A stretch of DNA of 60,431 nucleotides, counting the filler. It is 7 parts of 7 records of this genome, joined end to end, with 100 filler letters (N's around TTAATTAATTAA, not from the genome) between each part and the next. Parts side by side here need not be neighbours in the genome. Positions count along the whole stretch, not along the records: positions 55,086 to 60,431 come from SRR31147125_29489; 6 more parts are not named here. The stretch is one strand, 5' to 3'. The position numbers were made by a program, and so were the translations under genes. The notes under the pieces were generated by a model. It saw only the letters and a list, made by a program, of their open reading frames with translations, did no database searches and was not told the origin of the DNA. Each line of letters opens with the position of its first letter. Within the stretch, counting starts at the first letter, position 1. Positions 57,177-60,431 of the stretch are shown in pieces.

Positions 57177-59375
57177 ATGAAGAAATATTTATGGTTAAGC
57201 CCAGTTATTCTAGCCCTACTAATTTTTTCAGGCTGCGGAGGTAGTGGCGGCGGATCAAGCGCATCAGGTGATGTCACAGGTATGGAGATTGCCTCCCAGA
57301 TTTCAATTGTGAACGCACAGGGAGAAGGAACCGCTTCAGTTTCGCTTGGCTCAAAATCTCTTGGGCTCAAAGCCCTCACAACAGATGAAGAGACCGACTA
57401 TTATACAGATAGGGTAGATCTTTGGGTCTATGATGATTCTATGCAGACCTTGGAATTAATAAATGAAATTCTATGCTCTATAAAACAAACCAAGCATACG
57501 GCAATGGTTAATCAAGGAAATTATCTAGCTCTTATTGATATGAGTCTTTGTCAAAAAGGTGATAGTCAAGAAAGTAATCAAGGGAACCAAACAACTGGAG
57601 CTGATGAAACCAATTTTGAGAAGTGGATAGTAAACGCTTCAAGAGCAAGCTCCGGTGCACCTGAAGTAGTAAAAGTCTGGATCACTGAGAAAGAAGGACC
57701 AATGGAAATGGATATGGGTATTAGCGTTAAGGCTACTATCTATGAAGGTATAACAAACTCTAATCCAGTTGGTAAGTTCAGATTGGATTTTAAGATGGCA
57801 ATAGATGAGATTGGTGAATTTGGACAAGGATACTTAAAAACGGTGGATAGATCCGATGGTCTAGTCGAATTAGAATTATCAATGGCTTCAACTGAATATG
57901 GCATGCCTATGAATCAAGCTGTACATATAATTATGGATCCAAGTGATGATTCTGGATATGGATATGCATCTCATTCATATGGTTTTGAAGATGGGGAAGA
58001 GTATAATGTAGCATTCAACCCAGAACACTATAAAGGAATAGACGTAGACACAGAAGAGGTAAGATGCTTGGACAGAAAGAATTTCACAAACCATGCATTT
58101 CGTTATGGAGTATATAATGAGGATGGCAGTAGAGTAGAAAATAGTAATTCAGGTTTTGGAATTAGATATATAACAGATGAGGAAGTCTATTATGGCTATG
58201 CAAGCTATCATGGTATCTGGATACCTGATGAAGTAAACCTTGTAACTGGACTAGAAGTTGTTGGTGAAAATGATGCCAGTGAGTATACAACTTTTGTAAC
58301 TCCAGGAAAACTTGTTGCTCACACTCGTGATGAAATAACACTTGGAGACATCAAAAACGCACTACTATTCTATTGGGATAATGAATCAGAAAATCATTAC
58401 AGAGTTTTCTGGGATGGATCAGACTTCATAGTTGACTCACTTGAAAACTGCTCTGAAGGGAATGGTTGTACCTGGACAGATATGGCTGATGCACCACTCA
58501 ACTTATCAGAAGGACAATGGTACGGCTTTTGGCGTGAAGGACTTGGCAATCTATTTTTTGAAGCTCCCGCAACCCTTTCAGACAACACTGTTGCCGAAAT
58601 TGATTCTTACGATATTTTGACAAGAGGATCTGACACTTTGTCAAATGGTGAAATAACTCTTCACTGTTACGTACAATGCTTAAAACCAAACCTCACAGAA
58701 GCACAGATGAATTGGTATAATGGAGAAACACCATATTTTGATGATGAGGTCAGTATTGTTGATCCTTATGTTTATACATTTGATCCTGAAGATATGATAT
58801 TGCGATATGGTGGAGAACCCGTAGTGATCGCTGAAGGCGTTGAAGTCTCAGGTTCTAATGAATGGGGAATTCACTCAGGGCCAATGCTCTTACCAGGCAG
58901 TGGAATAGAAAATGTTTATGAATCATGGGGAATTAGCAACAACTTCACTTGGGAAACGGGATCAAACCATTGGAACAAACTAACAAACCTGGTTGATGAC
59001 AACGGAGATATCGTTGAGTTTGATGAACCAATGAGACTTTTGTATGAACATTCTACCGGTATAAAATATATACTTGAATATATGGGTGAAGGTGAACTTC
59101 ATGGTATTCCATGGAACCAGGTAGAAGGCACAAATAGATGGTATCCAGAAATCACAATTCCTGACGGTTCTGAATTGCTAGGTGAAGAAGATGAAATCTA
59201 CTATGTCAAAGCCATTGAAATTGAACAACAGATGAACCTGGTTGATGAGGCTCTATGTTCAGATTTGGAATATCAGGAATTAGATATGCCTGATGGCGAC
59301 TATGTTGATCCTAATATAGGCACAAGGCCAACTGTCACAGATGCTCCAGCAGTTATCGGAGGTGTGCTTCAATAA
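57177..59375 (+). CDS. Large acidic lipoprotein of unknown function
   Basis: AAGGAGG RBS; lipobox FSGC plus GGSGGGSS linker. Confidence 0.85.
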   Translation: MKKYLWLSPVILALLIFSGCGGSGGGSSASGDVTGMEIASQISIVNAQGEGTASVSLGSKSLGLKALTTDEETDYYTDRVDLWVYDDSMQTLELINEILCSIKQTKHTAMVNQGNYLALIDMSLCQKGDSQESNQGNQTTGADETNFEKWIVNASRASSGAPEVVKVWITEKEGPMEMDMGISVKATIYEGITNSNPVGKFRLDFKMAIDEIGEFGQGYLKTVDRSDGLVELELSMASTEYGMPMNQAVHIIMDPSDDSGYGYASHSYGFEDGEEYNVAFNPEHYKGIDVDTEEVRCLDRKNFTNHAFRYGVYNEDGSRVENSNSGFGIRYITDEEVYYGYASYHGIWIPDEVNLVTGLEVVGENDASEYTTFVTPGKLVAHTRDEITLGDIKNALLFYWDNESENHYRVFWDGSDFIVDSLENCSEGNGCTWTDMADAPLNLSEGQWYGFWREGLGNLFFEAPATLSDNTVAEIDSYDILTRGSDTLSNGEITLHCYVQCLKPNLTEAQMNWYNGETPYFDDEVSIVDPYVYTFDPEDMILRYGGEPVVIAEGVEVSGSNEWGIHSGPMLLPGSGIENVYESWGISNNFTWETGSNHWNKLTNLVDDNGDIVEFDEPMRLLYEHSTGIKYILEYMGEGELHGIPWNQVEGTNRWYPEITIPDGSELLGEEDEIYYVKAIEIEQQMNLVDEALCSDLEYQELDMPDGDYVDPNIGTRPTVTDAPAVIGGVLQ

Positions 59376-59396
59376 TTAAGTGTTAGTTCATTTCTC

Positions 59397-59427
59397 AGGG
59401 CTCGGAATCATTCCGAGCCCTTTTTTT
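59397..59427 (+). terminator. Rho-independent terminator
   Basis: AGGGCTCGGAA-TCA-TTCCGAGCCCT plus T-run. Confidence 0.85.
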
Positions 59428-59502
59428 ATACATTCAAATTGAAATATAGCTCTATATTGTTTATAGAGTGTGTTCATAAATAATCCAAACAAAGGGGAAA
59501 AA

Positions 59503-60324
59503 GTGAAAAAACTTTTATTACTATCTTTTGTAATCACACTAGCCGCTTGTGGGAGCACATCCGGTGGGGGTTCCACAGCTGATTATCTTAATGAATCGCA
59601 GGCATTAACCATAGCAAGCGAAGATGCCCTCGGATCTGGTATATATTACGCTATCACATCTGGAGCTACACCTTCTGAAGATATTTCGGCAAAGGGTATT
59701 TCTCTCAAAGCAGCTGGTGATGCATGCTCAGGTAACCCAGAAACATGGGAATTAGGCTGCACCGTTACAACTCCTTACGACGTCACATACGGAACTGGTG
59801 ATTCTGCAAATATAGCGGGAAACATACTAGCAACTCTCACAACTTTAGACCCAGATCCACCATCATCTTATCCACTAACAACAACATTCACAGCTTCAAG
59901 TGGAGAATTTCAGATAACATTAACAAACTATCCATTTTCTCAAGTGGTTGACAGTACAACCTATACAGGCACGCTAACTACATCCACTCCACTCGCTTGT
60001 TCACTAACAAGTGGTGCCTGGGCTGTTATTATGGATGAGGGGAGTTGTGCAGATAACGATACTACATATTCATTTTCATGCACAGGAACTCTCTCAGCCA
60101 CAATTTCAACCGACGATGAAGATCTTTCAGCAACAGTATCGCTTGGAGATGGAATAACATTTACAATCTCTGACTTCACATTTAGTAGCTACTGCCTTGC
60201 TACTGCATTCTCATCTGGGACAGCTACTTTTGACGTAGAGCTAACCATTGATAGTGGAAATTACTCATGCTCGGGTGAAGCAGACATGGAAGGCGATCTC
60301 GAGATTGATTGTTCGAATTATTAA
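59503..60324 (+). CDS. Ser/Thr-rich lipoprotein of unknown function
   Basis: GTG start after AGGGG; lipobox LAAC; several Cys. Confidence 0.8.
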   Translation: MKKLLLLSFVITLAACGSTSGGGSTADYLNESQALTIASEDALGSGIYYAITSGATPSEDISAKGISLKAAGDACSGNPETWELGCTVTTPYDVTYGTGDSANIAGNILATLTTLDPDPPSSYPLTTTFTASSGEFQITLTNYPFSQVVDSTTYTGTLTTSTPLACSLTSGAWAVIMDEGSCADNDTTYSFSCTGTLSATISTDDEDLSATVSLGDGITFTISDFTFSSYCLATAFSSGTATFDVELTIDSGNYSCSGEADMEGDLEIDCSNY

Positions 60325-60341
60325 CTCTCAAATAAATCAAT

Positions 60342-60372
60342 AAAAAGGCGGCTATTTATTAGCCGCCTTTTT
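60342..60372. terminator. Bidirectional terminator
   Basis: AAAAAGGCGGCTA...TAGCCGCCTTTTT. Confidence 0.85.
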
Positions 60373-60403
60373 AAATTCTCCATATCAATGTATAAAAATA
60401 CTG

Positions 60404-60431
60404 GATCCCGGATCTAGTCCGGGATGACAAA
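60404..60431. repeat. REP-like palindrome, copy 2
   Basis: GATCCCGGA-TCTAG-TCCGGGATGACAAA. Confidence 0.8.

Noticed and set aside
59445..59465. Second sigma-54 promoter before the 59503 lipoprotein
   Set aside because: Lacks the invariant GG and GC dinucleotides.

Overview
This window is not one locus. It is seven unrelated contigs joined by 100-bp artificial linkers (N44-TTAATTAATTAA-N44). Taxonomic labels are inferred from gene content and composition. (1) 1-10634, Bacteroidetes-like hexuronate locus: LarA-family epimerase, a divergent PfkB kinase, uxuB-like SDR, LacI regulator, uxaE, uxaC, kdgK, eda, exuT. (2) 10735-17237, Desulfobacteraceae-like: HypD-like glycyl radical enzyme, its activase, a TRAP transporter, a small membrane protein, IS1380. 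(3) 17338-30777, RsaA/SapA-like surface protein, trypsin-like protease, SapC, and glycan genes (WbsX, RgpF, GT2, methyltransferases), four of them with homopolymer frameshifts. (4) 30878-38142, clostridial EtfAB-lactate dehydrogenase and an OmpR-family regulator beside two exported low-complexity proteins that share an upstream 11-bp direct repeat. (5) 38243-44572, clostridial sugar-binding proteins, isomerase, kinase and chemoreceptor, with a consensus sigma-28 promoter. (6) 44673-54985, Acholeplasmataceae-like: IS21 relic, ispG, copZA-csoR, ABC-F, PadR/DUF1700, tRNA-Lys. (7) 55086-60431, lipoprotein genes between two REP-like palindromes. The best leads are a possible UxuA-independent hexuronate route using a nickel-pincer epimerase, the direct-repeat regulon of exported repeat proteins, the sigma-28-driven sugar/chemotaxis unit, and the S-layer glycan module with a shared SxSW(K/R)IT helix. 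All functional calls come from motif recognition by eye; no searches were run.
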